Source: Octopus bimaculoides (Eukaryota). Taken from it: a stretch of 64,000 nt of DNA. A program made the translations under genes and the position numbers. Shown piece after piece: positions 26,511 to 40,139 of the stretch. The notes beneath the pieces are model-generated. The model ran no database searches, was not told the DNA's origin, and saw nothing but the letters and a program-made list of their open reading frames with translations. The stretch is taken from contig NC_068990.1 of NCBI RefSeq assembly GCF_001194135.2, forward strand, positions 67,912,089 through 67,976,088, read 5' to 3'. Within the stretch, counting starts at the first letter, position 1. The number at the start of each line of letters is the position of its first letter.

Positions 26511-26739
26511 AATAGCATGGTACCGTAGGCTGTAGGTAATAATGAAACAAACTAGAATGCTAACTGCAATTGGTACATCTAGTACCTGAGGCTGTAGAAG
26601 AAAACACTTGACCAAGTTGTCACACTGTGGAACTGAACTCAAAACCATGTGGTTGCATAGCAAGTTTTTTCACCACACCACCATAACTGCGCCTACATAG
26701 ACACATTTGAAATAAGTATTAATTTAATTATTGGTTTCA

Positions 26740-26950
26740 AACTTTGGAACAAGGCCAGCAATTTCGGTGGGGGGGGGGTAAGTCAATTGCATCGACCTCA
26801 GTACTCAACTAGTGCTTATTTTATCGATCCCGAGAGGATGAATGGCAAAGTCAACCTCAGTATAATCTGAACTCAAAACATAGAAACAGAAGAAATGACG
26901 CTAAGTATTTTGCTTGGTCTGCTAATAACGATTCTGCCAGCTCACTGCCT
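26740..26950 (-). mobile_element. SINE family A
   Basis: GGTTTCAAACTTTGGAACAAGGCCAGCAATTT...CGATTCTGCCAGCTCACTGCCTT. Confidence 0.8.
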
Positions 26951-27799
26951 TGATTATTAATTTAATTATGACCACTATTTACATATTTAAAGAACATCAT
27001 CAGTCATTATGTCACTTGTTCTACTATAAACTGTTAAAGGTGGAATGACAGAGAATACTGGAAATGGAAATGTAATATTAAATTGAAAGGTAGCAACCAA
27101 TAGACGTGAAACAATGTGTGTGTGAGATAAAGAGAAAACAAATTTATATGTCTATAAACAGTTCAGCAGTTGTTAAAATGGAAACATATATTCACACACA
27201 TCTACTTTCTCTCTTTCAATCTCACTCTCTTTCTCTGTTTCTCCATATAAATTTTATTTTGGAAATACTTCATTAATTCTCATAATCTATATTTGGAACA
27301 CACCTGTTGTGTTCTACTGGGGATTTCAAAATGTGTAAGGAATTGGCTGATGCCTTGATATTTCCATTAGTTATTAGTTAATTACAGAAAACAAATGCAC
27401 ATGTACACACAAACATACACACAAACATACACACACAGCATGGACATATATAAGATACAGATATACACACACAATTATGTAGATTCTGAAACGTAGTGAG
27501 ACACAAGGATACACATATCTATATCTATCTATTTCTTTCTTTCTCTATCTCTCTCTCTTTATACACACACACACACACACACACATAATTTGCTTGCATC
27601 TTGTTATCAATTATATTTTCATCCTAACTCCAACACCAACACCATATTCATAAACAGTCTTGTTTTATGAAGTGCTTTTGTATTTTATTTGTTCTGTGCA
27701 ATACTTTCTTTTTTCTCTAGTCAGTGTCTGCACTAGATTTATATTTAAGCTCATCTAATTTCACATATACATACATCATATACATCTCGTATATAACCA

Positions 27800-28092
27800 T
27801 TGTCGTGGCCAATGTCAGTGCCACCTGAGTGGTCCCATGCTAGTGGAATGTAAGAAGCACCATTCAAGCATGGTCGTTGCCAGTGCCACCTGACTGGCTC
27901 CCATGCTGGTGGCACATAAAAAGCACCCGCTACACTCTTAGAGTGGTTAGCATTAGGAAGAGCATCCAGCTGTAGAAACCTTGCAAGATCAGATTGGAGC
28001 CTGGTGCAGCCTTCTGGCTTGCCAGTCCTCAGTCAAACCATCCAACTAGTGCCAGCATGGAAAGCAGACACTAAACGATGATGATGATGATA
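27800..28092 (+). mobile_element. RTE LINE 3' tail with internal tandem units
   Basis: Repeated GTGCCACCTGA.TGG.TCCCATGCT units, then TTAGGAAGAGCATCCAGCTGTAGAAACC...AAACGATGATG. Confidence 0.8.
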
Positions 28093-28255
28093 CATCATGT
28101 AATTACAGTAACAGAATACTTAAGTAGTTAGGAGGGTGATTGAAGGGTAAGTAATAGGGAGATGTACATTTTACATAGCACCAGCACTGACAGAATCACC
28201 AAGTACCTTGTAAGGAAAATATCCCTCAACTGGAAGGGGATGGAGTAGTATTGAG

Positions 28256-28386
28256 TGTCTCCACTATACCTTAAATCTGTCAATTGGTACAGATTTAAGG
28301 TATAGTGGAGACATATACAGACGTCTTCCTGTAACCAATTGACAGATTTAAGGTATAGTGGAGACATATATAGACGTCTTCCTGTA
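28256..28386. repeat. Perfect 25-bp hairpin fused to a 45-bp tandem duplication
   Basis: 28256-28280 is the reverse complement of 28289-28313 (8-nt loop). 28256-28288 is also the reverse complement of 28334-28366. Units 28289-28333 and 28342-28386 differ by one base. Confidence 0.92.
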
Positions 28387-28959
28387 GAGTAGATACATGG
28401 ATAGCCCAGATGGCAAACAAAGGAGAATGAATTGGAGAATAAGGTAAAATGAGTGTGAGTGAGAGAGATGATGGTAGGGATGTATCAGGACATGCCCTCT
28501 AGGGACATTGTGGGTGGTGACAATAGTTGGTTGATATTGAGGCTTGGGCTGAGTGAGTGGAAAAGATGATGTGATTGTAGCAAATGATGGAGAGAAATAT
28601 AGGAGAGATTCAGGGGTGGGGTTTACAGTAGATATGTGAGGGCATCGAGGGTGGTAGCAGGTAAGTGAAGAGTTTATGATGGAGAGCAGCACAAAGAGAG
28701 GACAGAAGACATAGAAAGAAGGTGATTGATGGAGACTGTAGGCAGAGGAAGAAAGTAACCGAGTGGAGATTAAAGGTAACAGAGAAAGCCAGGTAGGTGC
28801 AGTATGTACCTATTCTGCTCTCAGGTGATAAAAGTGATGGGTGTTAGGGGATGAAATGTGTATGTGAGGGGGGGGGGAGAAGATTGACAGGAAAGAACCC
28901 CTCATAGGCAAGTATTATCAAGGAGGTTTTAGAATATTAATTCTGTTGTGGTGCGTGGG

Positions 28960-29400
28960 TCTTTTTGAGTACAGCATTGCGCCATGTATCTCAGTTGTTT
29001 GTTATCTTTGTAAGATTCAGTGTTTTGTGATCAGCCTTCAATACTTTGTCACATGTCTTCCTGGGTCTCCCTCTTCTGTTTCTTCCCTCCACTTTCAGTA
29101 ATCAGAACTTCTTTATGCAACTGTTCTCATCCATATGCATCACATGATCTAACCAACACAAACTTCTCTCTTGTACACTGCAGCTAATTCCTCTTATGTC
29201 TTTTCTTTCAATACACAAGCACTCAGTCATTTGTGTACACTGACATTGCACATCCAGTGGAGCATACCAGCTTTGCTCCTCTCTAATCTTTGGATATCCT
29301 CTGCATTTAGGGCTCAGAGAAGACAGACAGACCTGAAACTGACCAGGAGTTGGAAAGGGCATGATATTGATGCAGTTCCAAATGGTGACAAAAGGACTTT
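28960..29400 (-). mobile_element. RTE LINE ORF C-terminal fragment
   Basis: Minus strand: ...RSLCWLDHVMHMDENSCIKKF..GRRGRPRKTCDKV; decayed. Confidence 0.75.
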
Positions 29401-29639
29401 GACAAAGCTAATAGCTTGATTAACCAAATGAATTAATCAAACAATCGATTGCTCAATGGTTAACCAAGTGACAAATAAAAATAAAGAAGTGAAATAGAAC
29501 CAGTGTGTGTGTTTGTTGTTGGCATACCGGCCCTCCCAAGATACAACAAAACATATACTGTTTAACATTTTATGCAAGAGTCCTTAATGGAGGCACCAGC
29601 TATTATGAGATGATACCATCTTTTGCCTTTTTTTCTTAT

Positions 29640-30290
29640 TTGTTTCAGTAATGAGAATGCAGCCATGATAGAGAACTGCCTTGTAGGGTTTAGTCAAACA
29701 AATGTACCCCGGTAATTATTTTTTTTATTAAGCCTGGTACTTATTTTATTTGTCTCTTTTGCTGAACTGCTAAGTTGTCATCATCATCATCATCATCGTT
29801 TAACGTCCGCCTTCCATGCTAGCATGGGTTGGACGATTTGACTGAGGACTGGTGAAACCGGATGGCAACACCAGGCTCCAATCTAATTTGGCAGAGTTTC
29901 TACAGCTGGATGCCCTTCCTAATGCCAACCACTCAGAGAGTGTAGTGGGTGCTTTTACGTGTCACCCGCACGAAAACGGCCACGCTCGAAATGGTGTCTT
30001 TTATGTGCCACCCGCACAAGGAGGATGTAAACAAACCAACACTCGTTGTCAAGCAGTGGTGGGGGTCAAACACAAACAATAACACAGACACACACACATA
30101 CATATATACATAGACAAGATGGCCTTCCACATAGTTTCCATCAATCAAAAACTCACACACAAAGCTCTGGTCAGCCTGGGGCTATAGTAAAGACACTTGT
30201 CTAAGATGCTTTACAGTGGGATTGAACTTGAGACCATATAGTTAGGAAACATGTTTCTCAACCACATAGCTCCACATATGCCTCTCACAC
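29640..30290 (-). mobile_element. SINE family B interrupted by a young RTE tail (29778-~30020)
   Basis: SINE B breaks at GCTGAACTGCTAAGTT and resumes at GGATGTAAACAAACCAAC. The insert retains CpGs and is about 98% identical to 58733-58925. Confidence 0.85.
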
Positions 30291-33200
30291 ACACACACAC
30301 ACACACTTGTGCCACATATGAGTAGACTGGAAAATTCTATATCCTAAGATGAGCTTCCCTTTAGATCTATTCTGTCAAGATTAGTAAATTTATCTTTAGT
30401 GAATGGCTCAATGATTTTGTGGTAACAGAAGGCTTTGGGTTGTTAGTTTCTTCCCAAATTGGTCCAGGTTGAATAGACCAATGATCAAACGAATTCCAGC
30501 TTTGACCTTTCTATCAGTTTATTCAAGCTTTGTGTAACTAGCATTGCATATTTATCAATGCTTTTTCTAAGATCATCAGGTGTGATTTGGCTGATTATGT
30601 AAGGAGTCATGCAAAAAATTCCCTAACTTAAAATTTTAACGTCAAATGAAAATTAATTTGATGTGTAAATTTCCAAAACTGATATTCACAGCTATTTGAA
30701 CTGAAAGTTAATTAGGAATGAGGAAATCTGATGTCATAGTCTTATTAGCATATTGTTAATTGTAAAATTAATATTTTTCTGATTTCTAGCAAAAATTAAT
30801 GAATTACTGTGAAAATAACACTTACAGGTAATAATTATCGCTTTTCTTACATAAGTCATGTACTCAAAACTGATAATTAGTGTTTTTCACCCGCTTTTAC
30901 TTCCCTAAAATGGTGTTATGGCAACCTTTCTATCAACTCAGAATTTTTATTAAAGATCTTCATGGCATAGGTTATTAAACATGTAAAGAAATGGGACCAG
31001 TGCTTCTATAGCACATGAATGGCTTGCTTTGCCTTTTTTGTCATTGGTCAGTAGTATTGCACAGACAGTAACTTAATCACTTCTAAGCTTGGGCTCTTTC
31101 CAGAAGACAATACCTAATCCCAAGTGCACTTATTGCCTCTCAACTAATATTGTATTATGTTATGAAGGGAAGACATAGAGCTGCAAATTGTTCCAGATAT
31201 AGCTGTACATATCTGCCTTAGGGTACTTTCCTCTGGATCTTCTGTTGGGGTTTATTCCATTAGCCCTTTTCTTAAACACTCAATAAAATTACCCCATAAG
31301 GTAATATATAAACATATTAGTCTGGTGCAATAAGTAGCATAAGCTCAGTAGTTATCAGGGTACAGGATTTGTATGGAATTACATTGTATACAAATCCTTA
31401 AAAGAATAGCTAAATAGCTGAAGAGTCTCATCTTCCCTGACCCCCATTGGGGGTGTCTGTGAGTGACCTTCTTCCTGAGGCAATTCCATGATATGCTAAT
31501 TAACCCATAGCTAGGACCCTAACAGTGTGACTATCCTAGGTCAGAGTAGTCCTTATAACAACAGTGACTAAGCGTTCTACACTCTTTAACATGCTGGAAC
31601 TCGAAACCAGGGTCCCATTAGCAGATGGAGCTTAAGGTCTTACTCAGCACAGTTGAGTACAGCATGATGAAGAAATGTAAAATGTATTTACTTTCCCTTG
31701 TTAGTAGACATCCTCAGGATATTAAATGGGTCAAACAAACTCATTAACACTTAATCATACAAATCGTGTTGGTGCAAACAATAATGTCATGACAATTGTT
31801 TGGACAAGTCCTGACAGACTAAAAAAGACATGTGATCTAATCTAATGGTTAGGTAATAATGCTCAACATCATAAGCTCATGGGTTCAATTCCTGGTCTGG
31901 TAGGTGCACATGTTCATATGAAAATCGCTTAACTTCACATTTTTCCAATAGTATTAAGGTGGCCAGAGCACCTGGTCAACATCATGTTAGCACAGCAGTG
32001 CTAAAGGGTCAGTGGTAGACCAAAAATCCCTCAGATATGAAGAGGGACATGTCAAGCAGTGGTCTGCTAGATCCCATCTTTATCCATTTCCTCTTTTAAA
32101 AATAGATTATAGATCCCTACTAATATTATCATCCGGAACAACTTCAAGGTAGCAGCATTTCAACTGTGACCCGTGATATACTAACCAGCCTCCTTAGGAC
32201 TTACTATATTAGCCTTAACATAATTAAAATAGTTATAACCAATTGGGATATATCCAGGAAATGGTCAAATAAAAGTAAGGTGTAAATACTTTATAGACTT
32301 TATCAATAAAGAAAACAAGGCATAAATGAGTCCAAAGAGAGACTGTTTGGCAACAATTTCAATAAATGCTGAAGCAAAAATAAAAAGAAATTAATTACAT
32401 TCTACTGATTAATGTAGAAGTTTAATAATTTTATTTTATTTTACAGACTTAATAACTGGACCTCGTTAAACATTTCTTTCTTTTTCTTCCCCATAACCAT
32501 ATTATTAAAATGGATAAATATAGTTCATAAACGAGAAAGACAATTAATTCAATTGTTATTCAGTTAATATATTAATCACATAATTCCAAACTATTGTAAC
32601 TATTACAATGTGTATTTGGAGCCAAAACTGAAGCAATGTTTGCTGAAAACAATGTAAAATTGTATTGCGTGTTTATGCGATGAAGCCAGAGTGAATTAAT
32701 ATCTCGTTAGGTTATATGTATACCAATCTTTTTACTAATTACAATCTAATTACTATTTACATTTCTGCAATAAAGGAAGAGTTTGTGCCATTCCAAGAAA
32801 CTAATATAATCTCAAGCTTAATTTTAGAATATCTTGTATGTTACCATAGTTCTACTAATTGACTCAATTTGCACAATGTCCTTACAAAGTCTTTTGTTTT
32901 AATCAATATAAACAACTAAATAAATCATTTAGAAATCATTCTGATAGAGATCTGAATCTCATCTGATCATGCTATACACATAGCAAAATTGTTTAACAAC
33001 TACCAGTCGTAGTTTTCCCTCTAGGTTAAAATTTCTTAAAAGGCCAAACAATGCAAAGTGTTATAAACTTTTAACATTGTTTAGATATGTGGGAGAATTT
33101 ACTGAGAGACTGGTATTGTATAGTTCTTGTCGAGAATCAAAGAGATAATAATTAATATGCTTAATCCTTCATTAAACAACAGACAAAAACTACATAGGGC

Positions 33201-33294
33201 AGACTGGTTACTATAACAACACCAGTTTGCACATTGTCACTACCCTCTCTCACATATCTGTATAAAGATAGCAGTTTCCATTTTTTCATTAGTC

Positions 33295-33324
33295 CTGATG
33301 AAGAGTTACTAACCCTGAAATATC
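33295..33324 (+). ncRNA. Degenerate hammerhead-like motif in a probable Penelope LTR remnant
   Basis: CTGATGA-AGAG(ttactaa)CCCT-GAAA-TATC. Core and 3/4 of stem II present with a palindromic ATAT stem III; stem I cannot be formed. Confidence 0.3.
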
Positions 33325-35485
33325 AAAAGAAATACAAGGTAAAATTTAAACTGATGTTGATCTGTTTTTCACTTCTGTATTTCATTCATTTTCTATTGTC
33401 TTGAATTTTAACAGGTTTTAATCCAATGTAATTTTCTTTACTAGCTAAATGAGATAGTGATCTATATCACACAGCTAAACTTCCAAAGCAGTGTTTAGAC
33501 TGGGTGGAAATCATTTGTATTTCCAAAGAATCATGGGCTAACGCAAAGCCATTATTCCTAAGTGAGTATGCTTTGGTAGTAAATCCCATACTTTCACTAA
33601 TTGTTTTATGGGCCTCTGGTGTAGTTGTGAGCAGACACAGACTCTCATTCAGCTTCTCATTATTGGCCCACTGGAATATCAAGAATGTGACAGCTGGAGA
33701 GAAGGAAGGGGTTACACCAGCACTCAACTAGTACTGAATTTCAGCTGACTGGAGTGATATATATGAAGTGCCTTGCTGAAGGATATATTGAAGTATCTGG
33801 TACAAAAATTGAATCCAAGCTCTTATGACCATTAGTAGGAAGCAATATGTGTGTTTAATTTGAAGCATGTTTACATCAACTTTCAATGTCAGGATGTTAC
33901 TTTCAGCTTGCAAATTTGATAATGTTCTATTGATTTAGAAAACATAATAAAGTTTACTACATCGATGCCCTATTAGAAGACATTGTTTTAAAACAAGACA
34001 CTCTCTTAAAATAATAAATTAAAAATGAATAAATATCAACCCTGAAGTAGGAATGAGCATCTATTGTTGCATGAGCTGACAGTGAAATAAATATTGTCAT
34101 ATAAATGAATACCATGATTTTAGGTCAGTAATATAGTCTTTAGCCACTAATTGATATTGGCTCATTAAAGACAGAAATAGAAAGGAAAATGAGACACAAA
34201 ATCCTCTGGTAACAGCAATATAAAATCTCTTTTTTTAAAATTGTTATGAAAGCACAAAAGATTATTACATAATATCAAACATTTTCCAAATATTATGTAA
34301 TCCACAAAATACTTTTTTTTTATTACTGGTAATAAGAGAAAACACAGTTAAATGTTATATTTTATAAATTTAAATAAGAATCAAGTCTACAGATTTAAAA
34401 GAACAAGTCATCATAATCCTAAATTCTAAAATAGTAATCTGATATGCATAATAGCATATAAGCAATTTTGATAAATATATTCCATAAGATTATCAAAACA
34501 AGACTATAGCATTTATTCAATGTGCATATTTTTTTTTTTTTTCTAAAGTAGGAAATATGAGCTTTGGTTTCATATAAGAAATATTTATATTGATATTTTT
34601 AATATATTCTTTAATAAGTCAAACTTTTCTTTTGCATGAATCAAAAGCAACAAGAAATTCCTTCAAATAGTTAATAGGCATTTAGTTGCTACCTAGTTAA
34701 ACTAAACCCTACAGTTAGGGTGGTAAATATATTACCACCTGGATATGATGCTAGACTACTGCAGCTTAACACTTAATTTCTAACACTAAAGCAGATATAT
34801 CTCTACTACTGTTTATGCACTGGCCGCTGTTTCACTGACCATTGTTGTTAAACAGCAGACTATATCAGATGATATATTTTGGAGACCTCTCTTTCCTAGT
34901 AGAGGGTGAAGACCATACAGCAACATTGATACTACTGGTAAAAGCACACATGAAACTGAAGAATTACGAAAACTAATGAGGAATAAAGATTCCTGGTGCA
35001 GTATTGAGAAACATATTTTGGTTGTGACTGCTTCAAGAAGATAAAAAAATTATGCCTTACAAACTATATATAGATCAAGTAGCCAATAGTTATAAATGTT
35101 CTAATAATGACCATCTTGTCTTTCATTGCAAATATAATGTGTCTAGAACTACATTTTTGTAGGAGCACATTTTTTCCCCTAAAAGATGTTTACATATGAT
35201 TTAAAAGAGATTTAACTAATATTTCTGACAAGTTGAGTAATACCATTGGCTCAATTTAAAATAAGTTATCTGAACTTCTTTTAGAAAAGATTAGGTAAAA
35301 GAAATTGAGGGAAGAATAAGAGGAAATGGGTTTAATGAGTTCGGAGGTGTTTAGAAAGGTAAAGTTCCTTCATTAATGGGTTAACAACGATTGTTTTGCA
35401 CTCTGATAATTGGCTAAAGGAAAAATATATAACAGACAATTAGCAAATAATTATTTCTTGTGTAAAATAGAAGAGATATGCTTAC

Positions 35486-35626
35486 TTTTGTTAATGCAAC
35501 TCATTCCACAAGCACCGTCGCATAGACATTTTTTCTTTTTGCTCACACAATCTTCGTCTGTTGAACATCTTTTAAGGCAATCTCGGCTGAGGACATTTTC
35601 CTTTCGAGGACAGTGTTTATCATTGG
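35486..35626 (-). CDS. lev-9: Internal coding exon encoding a WAP (four-disulfide core) domain of a LEV-9/Hasp-like secreted WAP-sushi protein
   Basis: Minus strand: pyrimidine-rich acceptor ttttcaatctttttctgaaacAG, then (A)NDKHCPRKENVLSRDCLKRCSTDEDCVSKKKKCLCDGACGMSCINK, then donor GTAAG. 141 bp, phase 1-1. Eight Cys spaced C-x10-C-x3-C-x5-C-x6-C-x-C-x3-C-x3-C. The CxCDGxCGxSCxN ending matches the N-terminal WAP of C. elegans LEV-9 as I recall it (CMCDGECGLSCVN). The exon call is strong; lev-9 orthology is moderate (about 0.6) because no sushi exons were found in the window. Confidence 0.85.
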
Positions 35627-36210
35627 CTGTTTCAGAAAAAGATTGAAAAAATATATTAAAAATTGTGATTAAGAAAAAAGAAAGATAAACAAGTAAATAT
35701 ATAATTAAATACACACAAAGTATGTGTACGTAAATGTGAGTTTATGCATACAGATAACATACCTATGTACTTTATGTATTGTGCATTCTCAGAGGTACAA
35801 AATAGATGGATGTTTGTTTTTTTTATACTTTTCAAAATCTCTTAAAATTTATACACATACATGAAATTTATGTCTGGGTACATGTAGAGAGAGAGGGGGT
35901 GGGGACACGACAAACAGAAAGAAAAAGGAATTGTCAGAATTTATAGATTTATGAAAACATTTACAGACTATAAATTTAAATGATATACTAAGAGTAAAAG
36001 AAAGCTTAAAAAGTAAGAAATAAAAAGAAAAGAACTGAGACAGTTAGTGCCATTTAGGAGCTATTTAATTCACCAGTTTCACATTAAAGACAAGATATAC
36101 CTTTATATTTCATCAACAGTATGTCAATGGTTTTTTTACATTGTAAGCATTGATGTTTGTGTGTGCAACTGTATAAATATATATTTATATACATATATTA
36201 CAGGTATATA

Positions 36211-36241
<31 letters not shown>

Positions 36242-37989
36242 TATACATATACACACACACATGTCACATGCTATTCATGGTACAATATATATCTGTGTGT
36301 GTGTGTGTGTGTGTGTGTTTATATTTAGATATGTCACATGCTACTCATAGTGCACATTCCTATTCATTCAATTCAACAGCCTCAGCTCCACTGAGAGAGG
36401 AAGAACAAGGAGGGAGAAAGAAAGAAAGAAAGAAAAAAGAAAGAAAGAGACAGAGAGAGAAAGAAAGAGAAGTCATATATGTTTATGTTTTGGTCCTATT
36501 TCTACACAAGGAAAGATTAAATTTTAACCAGATATGCTAGATTATGTCTAGTTGTATGAATATGATAGTAGATTCACAAGAAAGTACATTATATATTCTT
36601 TTTTATTCATTTATTCTTTTGACGTATTGGATTTTTTTTGAGAAGATTTATAATTTGCAAATTGGCAAAAATCTATATAGCTGAATCTGAACACTTCAAA
36701 TACCCAGATCTTAGTTTCTTGATTTAGAAAAGCATTTATTCTACTTTTAGAAATGATAGTGATCCACATAAAATAATAGTAATAAATAATAAATGATTTT
36801 TGTATATACTGTAAAAATGCAAAAAACTACCAAATTTTTTCTTGTCATAAGAATGTCATTGTTATTGTTGTTGTTAGTAACCACAACAGTATTAGCAGCA
36901 ACGGTAATGACGCTGATGGTGGCAATAACAATGTTATCAGCAGCAGCAGCAGTGATGACAGCAGCAACAGTGTCATTGATATCAGTGTCAGCATCATTGT
37001 CGTCAATATCATCATCATCCTTCTCCTCACCACGATCATCGTGAGAAACATTAGAATCAATGTTACTTTCACTTTTCTATGCTGACATGGTTTGAATGTA
37101 TCATTAAAGTCCAAGTTCATATACAGAATTTTTGTCCTCAATATTTCAAGAACTATGTCTTACATGTATGTTTCATTTTTGGCACAGCATTTTGGTTTCT
37201 ATTACAGCTAAAGGTTATTCCTATCACCGACCACTTTACAGAATGTACTGCTGGGTATATTTTATTATGGCACCAGCATTAGATAGGTTGTCTTTTCCTT
37301 GGCAAAGGAAAAGAAACCTCTTTACATTGTCTCCATTTGTCCCCCTGCACTACAGAGTGTATCCTTCCCAGCTGATGGAAGAGAGAATGATGAAAGAAGA
37401 CTAGTGTGAGAGGTAAACAGAAGAATGATTAATGGAATAGAGTAGCAGGAAAGAAAGAGTGATACAGAAGAGTATGAGAGACAGAGAGAGAGAGTTGGTG
37501 AGAGAGAGCTATATTATGATTGTTAGTAAAAAGATTTAAGATAAACAGGATGAGTGGCATGGTAGGGTAAGAGAAAGAGTAAAATAAAAGGGTGGAACAG
37601 GAAGGTTTGAAAATAAGAATGCTGGAAGGAGAATGTATTGAGAGAGAGAGATGGAGGTGAACAACGAGTTATAGAGGAGGGTGTAATGTGAGAGAGTGGA
37701 TGATGGTGAGCAAAGAAAATAGGTAATGGTAAGTAAGTGGGAGTGACTTGTTATTAATGAGTGATGGGGAAGGAGTAAAAGGAGAGAATAATGGGAAGCA
37801 ATAAAGAGGATTTGATGATGTGGGACTGGTCCAGTGTGATGCTATACCTGTTTTAAGTAAAAACAGAGTGAACCATATTTACGGGAGAGACAATATTCAA
37901 GAGAGTAAAGACAGTGGTATATGAAATCCAAATGTAGATATACTTTCCAATCTCCATTAGCTCACACATCAAAATTGTTACATCCATTT

Positions 37990-39300
37990 ATCTATGCTTG
38001 CTTGGTTTGGGCAGAGTCTCTCCAATGCTGCGTGTTACCACATGTGATGTGATTCAATTCATCTCTTTTATGATGTTCAATGGCTTGAGATCAGTCTTTA
38101 CCATTTTTCTCCCTGTTTTCCTTGATCTCTCTCTTCCAGAGATTCTATCTTTTAATGGTGCTCAGTTCCTCTTCATAATTACTTTGGCGCAATAAATCCA
38201 ATTACTCTTACATCCAATTTTTGTCTTCTCTCGTTTGTGCTTTGTTAGTCATACACACTTCCATTATACATCCAGTGGAGCATGCCGCCTTCATTTCTTT
38301 CTAAACTTCACAAATCATCTGTCAAAAGTATTCATGTCTTCCTTTGGTGTTACATCATACTTTGTATAAAGTTATTCTACAACATCCCCTTTACTCTGAG
38401 AAACCTTTTGTTGCCATCCATTCTTACTCAAGTGTCTATACTTTCAGAACATCCACCTTCACACTAAATTAGGTCTTTATAAGTTACTTGTGGGAAACCT
38501 TCAGAGCATTAAAACAAATTTATCTCACATGGGTCCCCTAACTGCTAACTCCACTTCTTAAACATATGCTATATATGACTCTTACCTTCTCTGTAAGCCT
38601 GACTCTGATATCACTACACCTCTCATGCATCCATAGTTTAACAAGCATACACCACATAGAAATACTGCCTAAACCTTTTCTGCAAACTGAATAAGACCAA
38701 TTTCCCCCATGGGACCATGGTCATGTCTCTTTTCCTGTTAAATAACTAAAACTTTGGTCTTTGTTAGGCTTAGGTCTTTTGATTCAAGGTTTTATTTCCA
38801 AGTTTGGAATTACTTCTCTAAATCTTCAACCAATTCTCTAGGTCACCAGCATACAGGAGATCCCACAGACAAAAAAGTCTGAAACTCTTCTCTTATAACC
38901 TGGAGAACAACAATGAACAGAAGAAAGCTGAGAATTGAACCATGATGTACACCATTCAGCACCCTAAATTTTTCACTTAACTCTTATCTTGGTGATGGCA
39001 CTCCTTCGCATGGCATACATGGCTGGCAAAAGCCATTCTTGTATTCTAATTACTTAGTGACCAGCAGACTACAAAGTAAGGAACCTAGTCAAAGTGAACA
39101 AGAGTTCGGTAGAGTAGCTTTCTCCAAGCTAAGTACTTCTGCAGTTGTACTAAGAAGGGGACGTTGATAGTAAATCATCCTGGCATATTTGCAGAACTTT
39201 ATCTGGTCTTGGATCAATCACCATTTAATAATCTGCAATGTAACTCTTTCAGTAACTTTCAGAACCTAGTCCATCAATTTTATGCTTCTATAGTTGCCTC
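37990..39300 (-). mobile_element. Decayed RTE LINE including the reverse-transcriptase core
   Basis: Minus strand: GVHHGSILSFLLFIVVLQVIREEFQT/CLWDLLYAGDL (GVxQGSxLSPLLF and YADD motifs, mutated to YAGD at ~38841-38857). C-terminal RSRKTGRKMVKTDL near 38100. Confidence 0.8.
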
Positions 39301-39421
39301 TCTCTATATATAAGATCACTGGAAACCATGTAGTTTCAAGACAAATTTCTTAACCATACAGCCCTGTTGATACAGCTCTCTCTCTCCTTCTCTCTCTCTC
39401 TCTCCTTCTCTCTCTCTCTCT

Positions 39422-39463
<42 letters not shown>

Positions 39464-40139
39464 NNNNNNNNNNNNNNNNNNNNNNNNNNNNNNNNNNNNN
39501 NNNNNNNNNTATATATATATATATATATCAAGCTGACTAGAACTCTGTTCTTATTGTACTGCCTCCTCAGTAAATATTCTGTTGTTATTCTTGAAAATAA
39601 TAAACTTAATTTAACATTTGTGTATGTGCTTGTGTGTGTATGTATGTATGTATGTTTGCGTGTGTGTGTGCGTGCATGTGGGTGTGCTTGTCTGTGTGTA
39701 TAAATACAACCATAATACTCGATGAATTCACTGGAGAGATTACCACCAACACAATTTACTACACCCACCCTTCCTCCCCAGCATATGTTTATTCTCCCAC
39801 AAATATTGACAGATTAACCACAAACCAACTCAATATCACTGTAGGCAGAACTCAACTTGAGTGTTTTTGTTTTATCCAATTAGTATTTTATAGCAATTGC
39901 AAGATTTTCAAATTAGTTAAACTTATCATATCTCATGGAACCCGAGGCAAAGACAATAAACTAACATACTAACTTCAAACTAAAAGGAAAATGAAGTATC
40001 AATGAAGAATTTATCTCTAAGAAGTTTATAATGAAGTAACTAGCATTTATGGTAGGCTTGAATGAAAAATTGTATGATAATGAATCTAAGTGTCCATAAG
40101 AACTATTATTTATGCTGCTAAGTTTGCATTATGAAAAAA

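Noticed and set aside
33467-33731. Overlapping 75-86 aa ORFs on both strands near the WAP exon
   Set aside because: No domain pattern. The 33700-33800 part is a SINE remnant whose body supplies the apparent acceptor.
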